A DNA stretch of 64,000 nucleotides from Brevundimonas sp. (GTDB lineage: Bacteria; Pseudomonadota; Alphaproteobacteria; Caulobacterales; Caulobacteraceae), in NCBI RefSeq assembly GCF_046299595.1, contig NZ_JBKBHQ010000001.1, positions 1,700,736-1,764,735 of the forward strand. The letters run 5' to 3'. The notes beneath the pieces were generated by a model. The model had not been told where the DNA came from. It worked only from the letters and a program-made list of their open reading frames with translations, and did not search any database. The position numbers and the translations under genes were made by a program. Shown here in pieces: positions 40,966-52,838 of the stretch; position 1 is the stretch's first letter; every line of letters starts with the position of its first letter.

Positions 40966-41769
40966 TTGAGCACGAGCAATGCGGGCAGGCTGGCCGGGCG
41001 CACAGCCCTGATAACGGGGGCCACGGGCTATCTGGGCACCTTCATGAGCCGCGCCCTGGCGCGCGAGGGGGCTCATGTGCGGGTCAATGCGCGCCGCCTC
41101 GATGCCGCGCAGGCTCTGGTGGCCGAGATCGAGGCCGAGGGCGGAAAGGCCTCCCCCGCCGTCTTCGACGTGCGCGACGCGCGCGCCGTTGAGGCTTTCG
41201 CAGGCGAGCTGGAGGCGCGCGGCGAGGCCCTGCACATCCTCATCAACAATGCGGCGGCGGGGCGCGGCGGCACGCTTGAGACGGCCAGCGATCAGGACTA
41301 TGCCGACGCCTATGACATCGCCGTGGTGGCCGCCCAGCGCCTGATGCGCGTCCTGCTGCCCGCCCTGCGCCGGGGCCGCGCCGAGCTGGGGGACGCGGCC
41401 ATCCTCAATGTCAGCTCCATGTATGGCCTGGTGAGCCCGGACCTTCGCAGCTATGACGCGCCCGAGGCCAGCAACCCGCCCTTCTATGGCGCGGCCAAGG
41501 CGGCGCTGGTGCAGCTGACGCGCTATGGGGCCTGCCAGCTTGGCCCCGAAGGAATACGCTGCAATGCCATTGCGCCCGGCGCCTTTCCTTCGCCGGCCAC
41601 CCAGCAGAGCGCACCCGACATGGTCGAGCGCCTGCGCGCCCGCGTGCCGCTGGGGCGCATCGGCGAGGGCGGGGAGATCGCCGGGCCGGTGGTGTTCCTG
41701 TGCTCGCCCGAGGCGTCCTACATCACCGGCGCGGTGCTTTGCGTCGATGGCGGCTGGACCGCGTGGTAA
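40966..41769 (+). CDS. Short-chain dehydrogenase/reductase
   Basis: TGATGYLG, INNA, SSMYG, YGAAK (YxxxK), IRCNAIAPG. Confidence 0.9.
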   Translation: MSTSNAGRLAGRTALITGATGYLGTFMSRALAREGAHVRVNARRLDAAQALVAEIEAEGGKASPAVFDVRDARAVEAFAGELEARGEALHILINNAAAGRGGTLETASDQDYADAYDIAVVAAQRLMRVLLPALRRGRAELGDAAILNVSSMYGLVSPDLRSYDAPEASNPPFYGAAKAALVQLTRYGACQLGPEGIRCNAIAPGAFPSPATQQSAPDMVERLRARVPLGRIGEGGEIAGPVVFLCSPEASYITGAVLCVDGGWTAW

Positions 41770-41800
41770 GGCCCGCACAGCAGACAGGATGGACACGGAC

Positions 41801-42598
41801 ATGACGCAGCAGAGCCGAGGCGCGCGACTGGCGGGCAAGAAGGCCCTGATCACCGGGGCGGCGGGGGGCCTGGGCCGGGCCATGGCCCATCGCATGGCCG
41901 AGCAGGGCGCGACGCTGGCCCTGACCGACATCAACGAGGCGGGCGCTGCCGAGCTGGCCGCAGAGATCAATGCGCGCTTTGACGGGTCGGCCTTTGCCTA
42001 TGGCCACGATGTGACGCGCGAGGACGACTGGCAGAAGGTGATCGCCGCGGCCGTCGCCGATCTGGGCGGGTTGTCGGTGCTGGTCAACAATGCCGGAATC
42101 GGCGGCGAGCTCACCTTCGTCGAGGCGCAGTCCATGGAGGACTGGCACAGGGTGCAGGCGGTGAACGTGGACTCGGTGGTGCTGGGCTGCAAGCACGCCA
42201 TGGCCCATCTGGCCGCGGCGGGCGAGGCGTCGATCGTGAACATCTCGTCCATCGCGGGGCTGGCGGCTGCGCCGGGCATGGGCGCCTACAATGCCTCGAA
42301 GGCGGCGGTGTGGCTTTACACCAAGACCATTGCGCTGGAGTGCGCCAAGGCGGGAAAAGGCGTGCGCTGCAACTCGGTGCACCCGGTGTTCATTAAGACG
42401 CCGATCCTCGATCCCTTCGTGGCCATGGCCGGAGGCGACGAGGCCAAGGCGCACGAGCGCCTGACGCGCGGCATCCCGCTGAAGCGCATCGGCGAGCCGG
42501 ACGACGTGGCCTGGTGCGTGGTCTATCTGGCCTCGGACGAGAGCCGCTTCATCACCGGGGCCGAGATCAGGATCGACGGGGGCATGACCGCGCAGTAG
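41801..42598 (+). CDS. Short-chain dehydrogenase/reductase
   Basis: TGAAGGLG, VNNAGI, SSIAG, YNASK, VRCNSVHP, GEPDDVA. Confidence 0.9.
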   Translation: MTQQSRGARLAGKKALITGAAGGLGRAMAHRMAEQGATLALTDINEAGAAELAAEINARFDGSAFAYGHDVTREDDWQKVIAAAVADLGGLSVLVNNAGIGGELTFVEAQSMEDWHRVQAVNVDSVVLGCKHAMAHLAAAGEASIVNISSIAGLAAAPGMGAYNASKAAVWLYTKTIALECAKAGKGVRCNSVHPVFIKTPILDPFVAMAGGDEAKAHERLTRGIPLKRIGEPDDVAWCVVYLASDESRFITGAEIRIDGGMTAQ

Positions 42599-42626
42599 CC
42601 GGCGTCGGCCCGATCCGGTGCGGCCT

Positions 42627-43061
42627 TCAGTTGACCATCACCGTGCCCAGCAGGATGCGCGCGCCGCGCTGGCCCAGCAGGGCATCGGTCGCCTGTTGCA
42701 GATCGCGCACCAGCCGCTCCAGATCGGGCGGCTCGGCAGGCAGCAGGCCCTCGGCCATGCGCGAGATCAGAGGGGTGTAGGCGGCCCGCAGGCGCGGCAG
42801 GGACTGCTCGGTCAGGGTGCGAAGCGCGCCATCGGGCACATCGAGACCGGCCTCGACCGTCATGACTCCCCGGCGCCCGTCGCGCCTCATCACCGTGGCG
42901 GTGAGCGTGGGCATGCGCACATAGCTGTTGGCCGAGGCGCTGCCGCTGCCCGACGGGCCTGCGCCGGCCGTGGTGGCGGCGCTGGCACCCAGAGCGGCAA
43001 TCAGCGGCACCAGCAGGGCCGTGCGGCGCGAGGGGGCGGAAGGATCGCTCATGAGCGCCAT
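42627..43061 (-). CDS. FliL-like/exported small protein
   Basis: RR-containing hydrophobic N-terminus; YVRMPTLTATV...LPRLRAAY...LVRDLQQA...ILLGTVMVN has a FliL-like pattern. Confidence 0.5.
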   Translation of the reverse strand: MALMSDPSAPSRRTALLVPLIAALGASAATTAGAGPSGSGSASANSYVRMPTLTATVMRRDGRRGVMTVEAGLDVPDGALRTLTEQSLPRLRAAYTPLISRMAEGLLPAEPPDLERLVRDLQQATDALLGQRGARILLGTVMVN

Positions 43062-43070
43062 GGTGCGCCC

Positions 43071-43091
43071 ATGGTTTTAAGCGAGGGTTTA
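43071..43091 (-). promoter_or_regulatory. CtrA-box-like motif
   Basis: Minus strand reads TAAA-CCCTCGC-TTAA-AACCAT immediately upstream of the FliL-like gene. Confidence 0.5.
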
Positions 43092-43096
43092 TGGGC

Positions 43097-44167
43097 TCAG
43101 GCGCCCCCGTGCGGCCTCTCGTGCAGCCCCTCGTGCATCATGGGTTGCAGGTCCAGTCTGGCGAACAGGACCGCATCCGCGTCCTGCTCGGGATTGGGCG
43201 TGGTCAGAAGCCGCGAGCCGACGAAGATCGAGTTGGCTCCGGCCAGGAAGCACAGCGCCTGCACCGGCTCGCTCATGCCCTCGCGCCCGGCGGACAGGCG
43301 CACGATGGAACGCGGGCACACCAGCCGCGCCACCGCGATGGTGCGCACGAACTCGATGGGATCGATCTGGCCCTCTGCGCGCACCTGATCGCCCAGCGGC
43401 GTGCCCGCCACGGGCACCAGGGCGTTGACCGGCAGGCTGTCGGGATGCTCGGGCAAGGTGGCGAGCGCATGCAGCAGGCCCGCGCGGTCCGCCCGGCTCT
43501 CGCCCATGCCCACGATGCCCCCGCAGCAGGTGCTCATGCCCGCCTCGCGCACGGCCTTGAGCGTATCGAGGCGCTCGTCATAGGTGCGGGTGGTCACCAC
43601 GGAGGCGTAGTACTCGGGCGAGGTGTCGAGGTTGTGATTGTAATAGTCGAGCCCGGCCTCCTTCAGTGCGCGCGCCTGCTCGGGCGTCAGCATGCCGAGC
43701 GTGGCGCAGGTCTGAAGCCCCAGCGCCTTCACGCCCGAGATCATGGCCGCCAGCTTTGGCAGGTCACGATCCTTCAGCTCGCGCCAGGCCGCGCCCATGC
43801 AGAAGCGGTCCGCACCGCCGGCCCTGGCGGCCATGGCTTCGGCGAGCACGCTGGAGGTGTCCATCAGCTTCTCGGCCTTGAGGCCGGTATCGAAGTGGGC
43901 CGACTGGCTGCAATAGCCGCAGTTCTCGGCGCAGCCTCCGGTCTTGACCGACAGAAGCTGGCTTTTCTGGACCGCGCTGGGATCGAAGTGCTGGCGGTGC
44001 ACGCTGGCGGCCAGGAACACCAGCTCCATGAAGGGCATGGCGAACAGGGCCTCGACCTCTGCGCGCGTCCAGTCGTGGCGCGGAATGGCGAGCCGCTCCG
44101 GCGTGTGTGCAGATGCGCTCACGGAGACTTTCGCGGACGGGCGGGCGGGGGTCAGATCATCGGCCAT
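43097..44167 (-). CDS. bioB: Biotin synthase
   Basis: [15 protein letters not shown] radical-SAM motif, [35 protein letters not shown]. Confidence 0.96.
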   Translation of the reverse strand: MADDLTPARPSAKVSVSASAHTPERLAIPRHDWTRAEVEALFAMPFMELVFLAASVHRQHFDPSAVQKSQLLSVKTGGCAENCGYCSQSAHFDTGLKAEKLMDTSSVLAEAMAARAGGADRFCMGAAWRELKDRDLPKLAAMISGVKALGLQTCATLGMLTPEQARALKEAGLDYYNHNLDTSPEYYASVVTTRTYDERLDTLKAVREAGMSTCCGGIVGMGESRADRAGLLHALATLPEHPDSLPVNALVPVAGTPLGDQVRAEGQIDPIEFVRTIAVARLVCPRSIVRLSAGREGMSEPVQALCFLAGANSIFVGSRLLTTPNPEQDADAVLFARLDLQPMMHEGLHERPHGGA

Positions 44168-44244
44168 GGGCGCAGCATTAGGCGGCGGCCCCCGGCCCCG
44201 CAAGCCATAAGGGACGTGCGCCAGGGCCCGGCAGGAGCGGCCAT

Positions 44245-44260
44245 ATAAGGATATCCTTAT
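44245..44260. promoter_or_regulatory. Perfect 16-bp palindrome, candidate SahR-type operator
   Basis: ATAAGGATATCCTTAT is its own reverse complement; 70 nt upstream of ahcY. Confidence 0.65.
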
Positions 44261-44330
44261 GTCAGGTTGTGCGCGGCGGTGGCTGCGTCTATAGGGTCGG
44301 CACCCCATTTCCCCCAAGGAGCGCCCGTTC

Positions 44331-45722
<1,392 letters not shown>

Positions 45723-45744
45723 TGCCGTCCGCCCGGCCCGTCCG

Positions 45745-46887
45745 ATGAGCGCGCCCGACATCCACGGCCCGTGCCCGCCGCAGTTCGAGGCCGTGCGCGA
45801 GGCCTTTGCGCGCAACTTTCTCGATGCGCCCGGCACCGTCAGCGAGCGCGGCGCGCGCTTCAGCGTGCAGATCGGGGGCTGCCTCGTCATCGATCTGTGG
45901 GGCGGCCATGCCGATGCCGCAGGCGAGCAGCCGTTCGGGCCGGAGACCCTGACCCCGGTGTTCTCGACCGGCAAGGCGGTCATGGCCCTGATGATGGCGC
46001 GGCTGGTGGATCAGGGCCTGATCGGCTTCGATACCCCGCTGGCCGAGGTCTGGCCCGCATTCGGCGAGGCCGGAAAGGCCGACATCACCCTCGGTGATGT
46101 TCTGAGCCATCAGGCGGGCATGGTGGGCTTTGCCCCGCCACGCCCGCCCGAAATCTGGTTCGAGCGCGAGCAGGTGCTCGATGCCGTGGCCGCGCAGGCG
46201 CCCTTGTTTCCCCCGCGCTCGGCCTCGGGCTACAGCCCGATCATGGTGGGCTACATCTGTGGCGAGGTGTTCCGCCGCCTCGACGGGCGCTCCATGGGCA
46301 CGGCCCTGCGCGAAGATCTGGCCGAGCCCTTCGATCTTGACCTGTGGTGGGGCCTGCCTGCCGCCCAGCACGGGCGCGTGGCCCAGATGCGAAAGCCCTC
46401 GCGTGCGCCTGATCTGGGCTCCATCGATGCGGTGCGTCAGGCCGCCTTTCTCGACAAGGGCTCGGCGCCTGCCGGGCGCGGCTCGGCCGAGTGGCGACAG
46501 ATCGAGATTCCTTCCGCCAACATGCACGCGCGCGCAGACTCTCTGGCGCGTCTGATGGGCGTGGTGGCCTCGGGCGGGATGCTGGAGGGCGAGCGCGTGC
46601 TGTCCGCCGGCACCCTCGCGGTCATGAGCGCCGAGCGCATATCCGGGCCGGACCGGGTGCTGCCCTTCACCCTGTCGTGGGCGGCGGGCCTGATGCGCAA
46701 CGAGGGGCTCGGCATCTTCGGCCCTGATCCCGGTACGCTCGGCCACTGCGGCTGGGGCGGCAGCTGCGCCTTCGCCGATCCGGCCGCAGGGATTTCGGGG
46801 GCCTATGTCATGAGCGCCCAGTCCCATCACCTGATCGGCGATCCGCGCGCGCGTGCGCTGGTCGAGGCGCTCTACGCCAGTCTCTGA
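45745..46887 (+). CDS. Serine hydrolase, beta-lactamase/EstB family
   Basis: VFSTGK (SxxK), LSHQAG, GYS, GHCGWGGS. Confidence 0.88.
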   Translation: MSAPDIHGPCPPQFEAVREAFARNFLDAPGTVSERGARFSVQIGGCLVIDLWGGHADAAGEQPFGPETLTPVFSTGKAVMALMMARLVDQGLIGFDTPLAEVWPAFGEAGKADITLGDVLSHQAGMVGFAPPRPPEIWFEREQVLDAVAAQAPLFPPRSASGYSPIMVGYICGEVFRRLDGRSMGTALREDLAEPFDLDLWWGLPAAQHGRVAQMRKPSRAPDLGSIDAVRQAAFLDKGSAPAGRGSAEWRQIEIPSANMHARADSLARLMGVVASGGMLEGERVLSAGTLAVMSAERISGPDRVLPFTLSWAAGLMRNEGLGIFGPDPGTLGHCGWGGSCAFADPAAGISGAYVMSAQSHHLIGDPRARALVEALYASL

Positions 46888-47789
46888 GCGCGTGCGGCCC
46901 GGCTTCTTTGCAGCGCCGCCAGCACGAACACCATGGCCCCCGCCCAGATGAAGCCGAACGACAGGGCGCGCAGCCAGCCGAAGGGCTCGCCCTGGGCCAC
47001 GCCGATCACGAAGCTGATGGTGGGGGCGAGAAATTGCAGAAAGCCCATGGTCGACAGGGGCATCCGTCGCGCTGCCCACGAGAACAGCATCAGCGGCACC
47101 ACCGTGACAGGCCCCGCCAGCATCAGCAGCAGCGCCGTGCCCGTGCTGTCGGTGAAATGGCCCAGCCCCTGACTCTCCAGCCACAGTATGTAGGCAATGC
47201 CCGGCAGGGTGATGAGGGCGCACTCGATGAACAGGCCAGTCTGGGCGTCGGCGTCGATGCGCTTGCGGATCACGCCATAGGCCGCAAAGGTCAGCCCCAG
47301 CGTCAGCGACACCCATGGCAGGCCGCCCACTGCCACGGCCTGAAGCGCCACGCCGACGACGGCCAGGGCGATGGCGGCCAGGCCCAGCCCGCTGATGCGC
47401 TCGCGGAAAATCCACGCGCCTGCCGCCATGTTGAGCAGCGGGTTGAGATAATAGCCGAGGCTGGTTTCCAGCGTATGGCCGTTGTTGACCGCCCAGACGA
47501 ACACGGCCCAGTTCACCGCGATCAGGCTGGTGGAGACCAGCAGCAGCGCAAGGGTGCGCGGCGAGCGCAGCACCCGCTTCACATCGCCTGACTGGCGCGC
47601 CAGCAGCACCAGAAGCCCCGCCCACAGCACCGACCAGATGGCGCGGTGGCCCATGATCTCGAAGGCATCCGCGCCCGCCCGGCCCATGGGCTGATAGATC
47701 AGCGGCGAGAGCCCCCACACCACATAGCAGCCCACGCCTGCGATCAGGGCGTTGCGGAAGTCGGGCGCGGAGCCGCCGGAAGCGTTCAA
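46872..47789 (-). CDS. rarD: EamA-family transporter RarD
   Basis: WGLSPLIY, HRAIWS, NWAVFVWAV, ETSLGYYLNPL, GFLQFLAPT. TTG start inferred. Confidence 0.9.
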   Translation of the reverse strand: MNASGGSAPDFRNALIAGVGCYVVWGLSPLIYQPMGRAGADAFEIMGHRAIWSVLWAGLLVLLARQSGDVKRVLRSPRTLALLLVSTSLIAVNWAVFVWAVNNGHTLETSLGYYLNPLLNMAAGAWIFRERISGLGLAAIALAVVGVALQAVAVGGLPWVSLTLGLTFAAYGVIRKRIDADAQTGLFIECALITLPGIAYILWLESQGLGHFTDSTGTALLLMLAGPVTVVPLMLFSWAARRMPLSTMGFLQFLAPTISFVIGVAQGEPFGWLRALSFGFIWAGAMVFVLAALQRSRAARAQRLA

Positions 47790-47794
47790 GGCCG

Positions 47795-48847
47795 TCAGCC
47801 GCCCACCGTGATCGAACGATAGCCGGATTTGGGCGTGATGACGCCCTGCTCGTCGAGCAGCTGGGCAATCTGGACCGCGTTGAGGGCCGCGCCCTTGCGC
47901 AGGTTGTCGGACACGACCCACAGCGACAGGCCGTTCTCGACCGTGGTGTCCTCGCGGATGCGCGAGACATAGACGCCGAACTCGCCCACCGCCTCGATGG
48001 GGGTGACATAGCCGTGCTCGGCCGGATTATCGACCACCACCACGCCGGGTGCCTCGCGCAGGACGTCGCGCGCGCTGTCGGCATCGAGCGGGGTTTCGAA
48101 CTCCAGAGTCACGCTCTCGCTGTGGCCCACGAACACGGGCACCCGCACGCAGGTGACGGTGAGGCGGATCGAGGGATCGAGGATCTTGTGGGTCTCGTTC
48201 CACATCTTGGCTTCTTCGTCGGTGTAGCCGTCCTCGCGCAGGGAGCCGATGAAGGGCAGGACGTTGAAGGCGATCTGCTTGGCGAACGTCCTGGGCGTGG
48301 CATCGCCGAGGCCGTAGAGCGCCTTGGTCTGGTCCCACAGCTCGTCCATGGCTTCCTTGCCCGCGCCCGACACCGACTGATAGGTCGAGACCACTGCCCG
48401 GCGGATGTGCGCGGCATCGTGAAGGGGCTTCAGCGCCACGACCAGCTGCAGGGTCGAGCAGTTGGGATTGGCGATGATGTGCTTCTTGCGCGCGCCATGG
48501 ACCGCCTCGGGGTTCACCTCGGGCACGATCAGGGGCACGTCCGGGTCCATGCGGAACGCCGAGGAGTTGTCGATGACCATGACACCCATGGCCCCGATCT
48601 TCTCGGACCAGGCGCGGCTGACGTCGCCGCCCGCGCTCATCAGCACGATGTCGCACTTCGAGAAGTCGAACTGCTCGATGTCGTGACACTTCAAGGTGCG
48701 CTCGCCAAAGGCCACCTCAAGCCCCCTGGACTTGCGCGAGGCGACGGCGAAGACCTCCTCGAGGGGGAACTGAAGCTCGTCCAGCAAGGTCAGCATTTCG
48801 CGACCGACATTGCCTGTGGCGCCTACGACGGCGACGCGATAACCCAT
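47795..48847 (-). CDS. asd: Aspartate-semialdehyde dehydrogenase
   Basis: VVGATGNVG, IDNSSAFRM, IANPNCST, YQSVSGAG, CVRVPVFVGHSE, DNLRKGAALNAVQIA. Confidence 0.96.
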   Translation of the reverse strand: MGYRVAVVGATGNVGREMLTLLDELQFPLEEVFAVASRKSRGLEVAFGERTLKCHDIEQFDFSKCDIVLMSAGGDVSRAWSEKIGAMGVMVIDNSSAFRMDPDVPLIVPEVNPEAVHGARKKHIIANPNCSTLQLVVALKPLHDAAHIRRAVVSTYQSVSGAGKEAMDELWDQTKALYGLGDATPRTFAKQIAFNVLPFIGSLREDGYTDEEAKMWNETHKILDPSIRLTVTCVRVPVFVGHSESVTLEFETPLDADSARDVLREAPGVVVVDNPAEHGYVTPIEAVGEFGVYVSRIREDTTVENGLSLWVVSDNLRKGAALNAVQIAQLLDEQGVITPKSGYRSITVGG

Positions 48848-48983
48848 GGGTGGCTCCTGACGGGGTGGTTCCGGGCGGGCGCGGGGAGGTTGGTGCGATG
48901 AGCAGGCCTTGCCTGCCTCAGTCCGCCATTTAGAACGAACGGCCCGCAAAGCAATCGCTTTTGCCCTTCTGTGTGTTCATCTG

Positions 48984-50081
48984 ATGACTTCAGCCCTGCG
49001 CCAAGCCTATCTCGATCGCCTGCGTGACGGAGCCTTGCAGGCCGATGAGGCGCAGCAGCAGGCGATCGAGGCGCTGGAGCGACTGGAGCATGATCTTGGC
49101 CGCCGCACCCTGACGGGGCGCAGGAGGTCCGTGCAGGGGGTCTATCTGTGGGGGCCGCCGGGGCGCGGCAAGTCCATGCTGATGGACCTGTTCTACGCCC
49201 ACAGCGCCGAGAAGCGCCGCCTGCGTGCGCACTTTCATGCCTTCATGGCGCAGGTACACGAGGATGTGCGGCTGTGGCGCGAGGGCACGGGCGCGCAGAA
49301 GCTGGCGCGCTTCGGCACGGTGCGCGGCAGCGATCCGGTCGGGCCGATCGCGGATCGTCTGGCGCGTCAGGTGCGGCTCCTGTGCTTTGACGAGCTGCAG
49401 GTGACGGACATCGCCGATGCCATGATCCTGGGCCGCCTGTTCGAGGCCCTTTTTGCACGCAAGGTGGTGCTGGCCGCCACATCGAACCGCAGGCCCGACC
49501 AGCTCTATGCCAACGGCATCAACCGCCAGCTTTTCCTGCCTTTCATCGCGCGCATCGAGGCGCAGTGCGATGTCGTGGAGGTGGCCGGGGCAAGGGACTG
49601 GCGCGCACAGCGCATGGCCAGCTCGCGGGTCTGGTATTCGGGCCTCGACACAGGGCGCAAGATGGCGTTCGAGCACCTGTGGGAAGACCTGCGCGGCGCA
49701 GAGCCCGAGGAGCCCACGCGCCTGACGCTCAAGGGCCGCGAACTGGTGCTGGAGCGCACCGTGGGGGCCATGGCGCGCGCCACCTTCGATGAGCTGTGCG
49801 CCAGGGCTCTGGGTCCGCAGGACTATCTGGCCATTGCCGCGCGCTTCCACACCCTGTTCATCGAGGCCGTGCCGGTGCTGGGGCCAGAGCGGCGCTTCGA
49901 GGCCCGCCGTCTCGTCACCCTGATCGACGCACTCTATGAGGCGAAGGTGCGCATCGTCGTGCTGGCCGAGGCCGAGCCGCAAGCCCTCTACCCACAAGGG
50001 GAAGGCGCGTTCGAGTTCGAGCGCACCGTCTCGCGCCTGCGCGAGATGAGCGCTGTGGCGTGGCTGCAACAGGAACGGTGA
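48984..50081 (+). CDS. zapE: AFG1/ZapE-family ATPase
   Basis: YLWGPPGRGKSMLMDLF, LCFDELQVTDIADAMIL, TSNR, LIDALYE, FERTVSRL.EM. Confidence 0.9.
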   Translation: MTSALRQAYLDRLRDGALQADEAQQQAIEALERLEHDLGRRTLTGRRRSVQGVYLWGPPGRGKSMLMDLFYAHSAEKRRLRAHFHAFMAQVHEDVRLWREGTGAQKLARFGTVRGSDPVGPIADRLARQVRLLCFDELQVTDIADAMILGRLFEALFARKVVLAATSNRRPDQLYANGINRQLFLPFIARIEAQCDVVEVAGARDWRAQRMASSRVWYSGLDTGRKMAFEHLWEDLRGAEPEEPTRLTLKGRELVLERTVGAMARATFDELCARALGPQDYLAIAARFHTLFIEAVPVLGPERRFEARRLVTLIDALYEAKVRIVVLAEAEPQALYPQGEGAFEFERTVSRLREMSAVAWLQQER

Positions 50082-50199
50082 CAATAGCGGCAGCGCGCGG
50101 AACACGGGGCCGGGTTGTGCGGTCTGCATACCGAGGGCGCGGGATTTCGTATCTCGCGAGGTGGGGGCACTGCCTTTTCAACTGCTCAGGATTGTCTCC

Positions 50200-50940
50200 A
50201 TGCGTTCCAGGATCATTGCTTTCTCAGTGGCCTCCGCGCTCGCGCTGGCCGCTTCCGCCGCTGTCGCCTAGGACCAGCCGTTCTCGGGCGGTTATGTCGG
50301 CGTCACGCTCAACCAGACCCAGGGTGACTTCGATCTGACCGATGCCCCGCTCCAGACCGCTGCGGGCAGCGCCTTCTGGGGTCCGTTCGGTGGTACGGCG
50401 GCCAACTCCCAGCCCAGCTTCTCGGTCAATGGCACTGAGCTTGGCCTGATGGCGGGCTACAACTTCCAGGCCGGCAGCTTCGTGTTCGGCGTGGAAGGCG
50501 ATGTGGCCTATTCGGACGCCGGTGGCAGCCGCACCATCGCCGACCGCCCGGCAGCCGGCACCAACCAGTTCACCACGCGTCTTCGCACCGATGTCGAATA
50601 TACCGCGACGCTTCGTGCCCGCGCGGGCGTGGCCATGGGCAATGTGCTGGTCTATGGCACCGCAGGCGGCGCCATGAGCGAGGTCACGTTCGACCGCAAC
50701 TACGTCAACGCCAGCTTTGCCGAGCTGAACAGCCGCGACAAGCAGCGTCATACGGGCTGGACCTATGGCGCGGGCGTCGAGTGGGCCTTCAGCGACCGCC
50801 TGAGCGCGCGCGCCGAGTATCTGCGCCTCGACTTCGATTCCCAGAGCTACGACTGGACCTATTCGGATGGCACCACGGCCCAGGCCGATGTGGACTTCCG
50901 CCGCGACGCCCTGCGCTTCGGGCTCGCCTACCGCTTCTGA
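50200..50940 (+). pseudogene. Omp25/RopB-like outer-membrane beta-barrel with in-frame amber stop at codon 24
   Basis: MRSRIIAFSVASALALAASAAVA-TAG(50269-50271)-DQPFSGGYVG...AGYNFQ..VFGVEGD...LRARAG...GWTYGAGVEW...ARAEY...GLAYRF. The frame is continuous across the stop. Confidence 0.85.
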
Positions 50941-50963
50941 TCGCCTCCGCGATCACGCCAGAG

Positions 50964-50993
50964 AGGCCCGGGTGGTGACGCCCGGGCCTTTTT
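50964..50993 (+). terminator. Intrinsic terminator after the OMP gene
   Basis: AGGCCCGGG...CCCGGGCCT followed by TTTT. Confidence 0.8.
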
Positions 50994-51101
50994 GCTGCCC
51001 GAAGTCGAGGCCAGCATGACCGCTTGAAGCGCCCCCTCAGGCGTGCCAGCCTTGGCCCGCCTCACCAGTGGCGTGCATCATCGAAACGGAAAGCCCTGCC
51101 C

Positions 51102-51605
51102 ATGCGTATCACGACAACCCTGGCGGCCGGTGCCGCACTGGCCCTGATGTTCGGGACAGGTGCCGCGGCCCAGAGCGGTGCCATCGATCCCGGCGGGATC
51201 AGCCCGCGTGAGGCGGTGAGCTGGCTGTCGGCCCAGCCGGGTCTGGCCCCCGAGTTTGCCCAGGAAGGCGATACCCCGGCGATCCGCGTGGTCGATGGCG
51301 ACGTGACCTGGGGGATGTTTTTCTACAACTGCGAACAGAGCCGCTGTCGCGCCGTGCAGTTTCACATCAGCTTCCAGAACCCGGCCGTGACCGAGGCGCT
51401 TGCCGCCGACTGGAACCGCAGCCGCCGCTTCGTCACCGCCCGCGCCGAGATGAACCCTTCGCCCGAGCTGATCGGCGAGTATGATCTCTATCTCCCGGCG
51501 GGCTACACCTGGGCCCAGCTTTCCGAGAACCTGGAGCTGTGGCGGGCCATCGTGCCGCTGATCGGCCTTCAGGCGGGCTACTATGTGCTGGAGGATGCGC
51601 AGTAG
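51102..51605 (+). CDS. Secreted YbjN-like domain protein
   Basis: Signal peptide; FFYNCEQSRCRAVQF, ADWNRSRRF, ENLELW. Confidence 0.65.
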   Translation: MRITTTLAAGAALALMFGTGAAAQSGAIDPGGISPREAVSWLSAQPGLAPEFAQEGDTPAIRVVDGDVTWGMFFYNCEQSRCRAVQFHISFQNPAVTEALAADWNRSRRFVTARAEMNPSPELIGEYDLYLPAGYTWAQLSENLELWRAIVPLIGLQAGYYVLEDAQ

Positions 51606-51637
51606 CGGCCACAGTTGCCCCACGCCGGGCCTGCACG

Positions 51638-51673
51638 AAAAAGGGCGGAGCCGCGCGGCTCCGCCCTTTTTTT
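51638..51673. terminator. Bidirectional intrinsic terminator
   Basis: AAAAA-GGGCGGAGCC-GCGC-GGCTCCGCCC-TTTTTTT between convergent genes. Confidence 0.9.
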
Positions 51674-51693
51674 GCTGTCCGTTTCGCCGTGCC

Positions 51694-52674
<981 letters not shown>

Positions 52675-52838
52675 TCAGCTCGAAGCGGCACGAGGGGTCG
52701 CGCCGCGAAGGGAGGAATGTCGCTGGCGCGGGGTCTAGACCCGGCGGCCTGTTCCTGCAAGGGCGGGGCGTGATCGCGGCGGCTTGTGCAGGGGCCGCCG
52801 CAATGAGATGGTCCGGCAAGGACAGGCGGAGAGACACC

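Noticed and set aside
44225-44330. SAH riboswitch upstream of ahcY
   Set aside because: AGGAGCG motifs occur, but I could not build the required pairing and pseudoknot; the palindrome fits a protein operator better.
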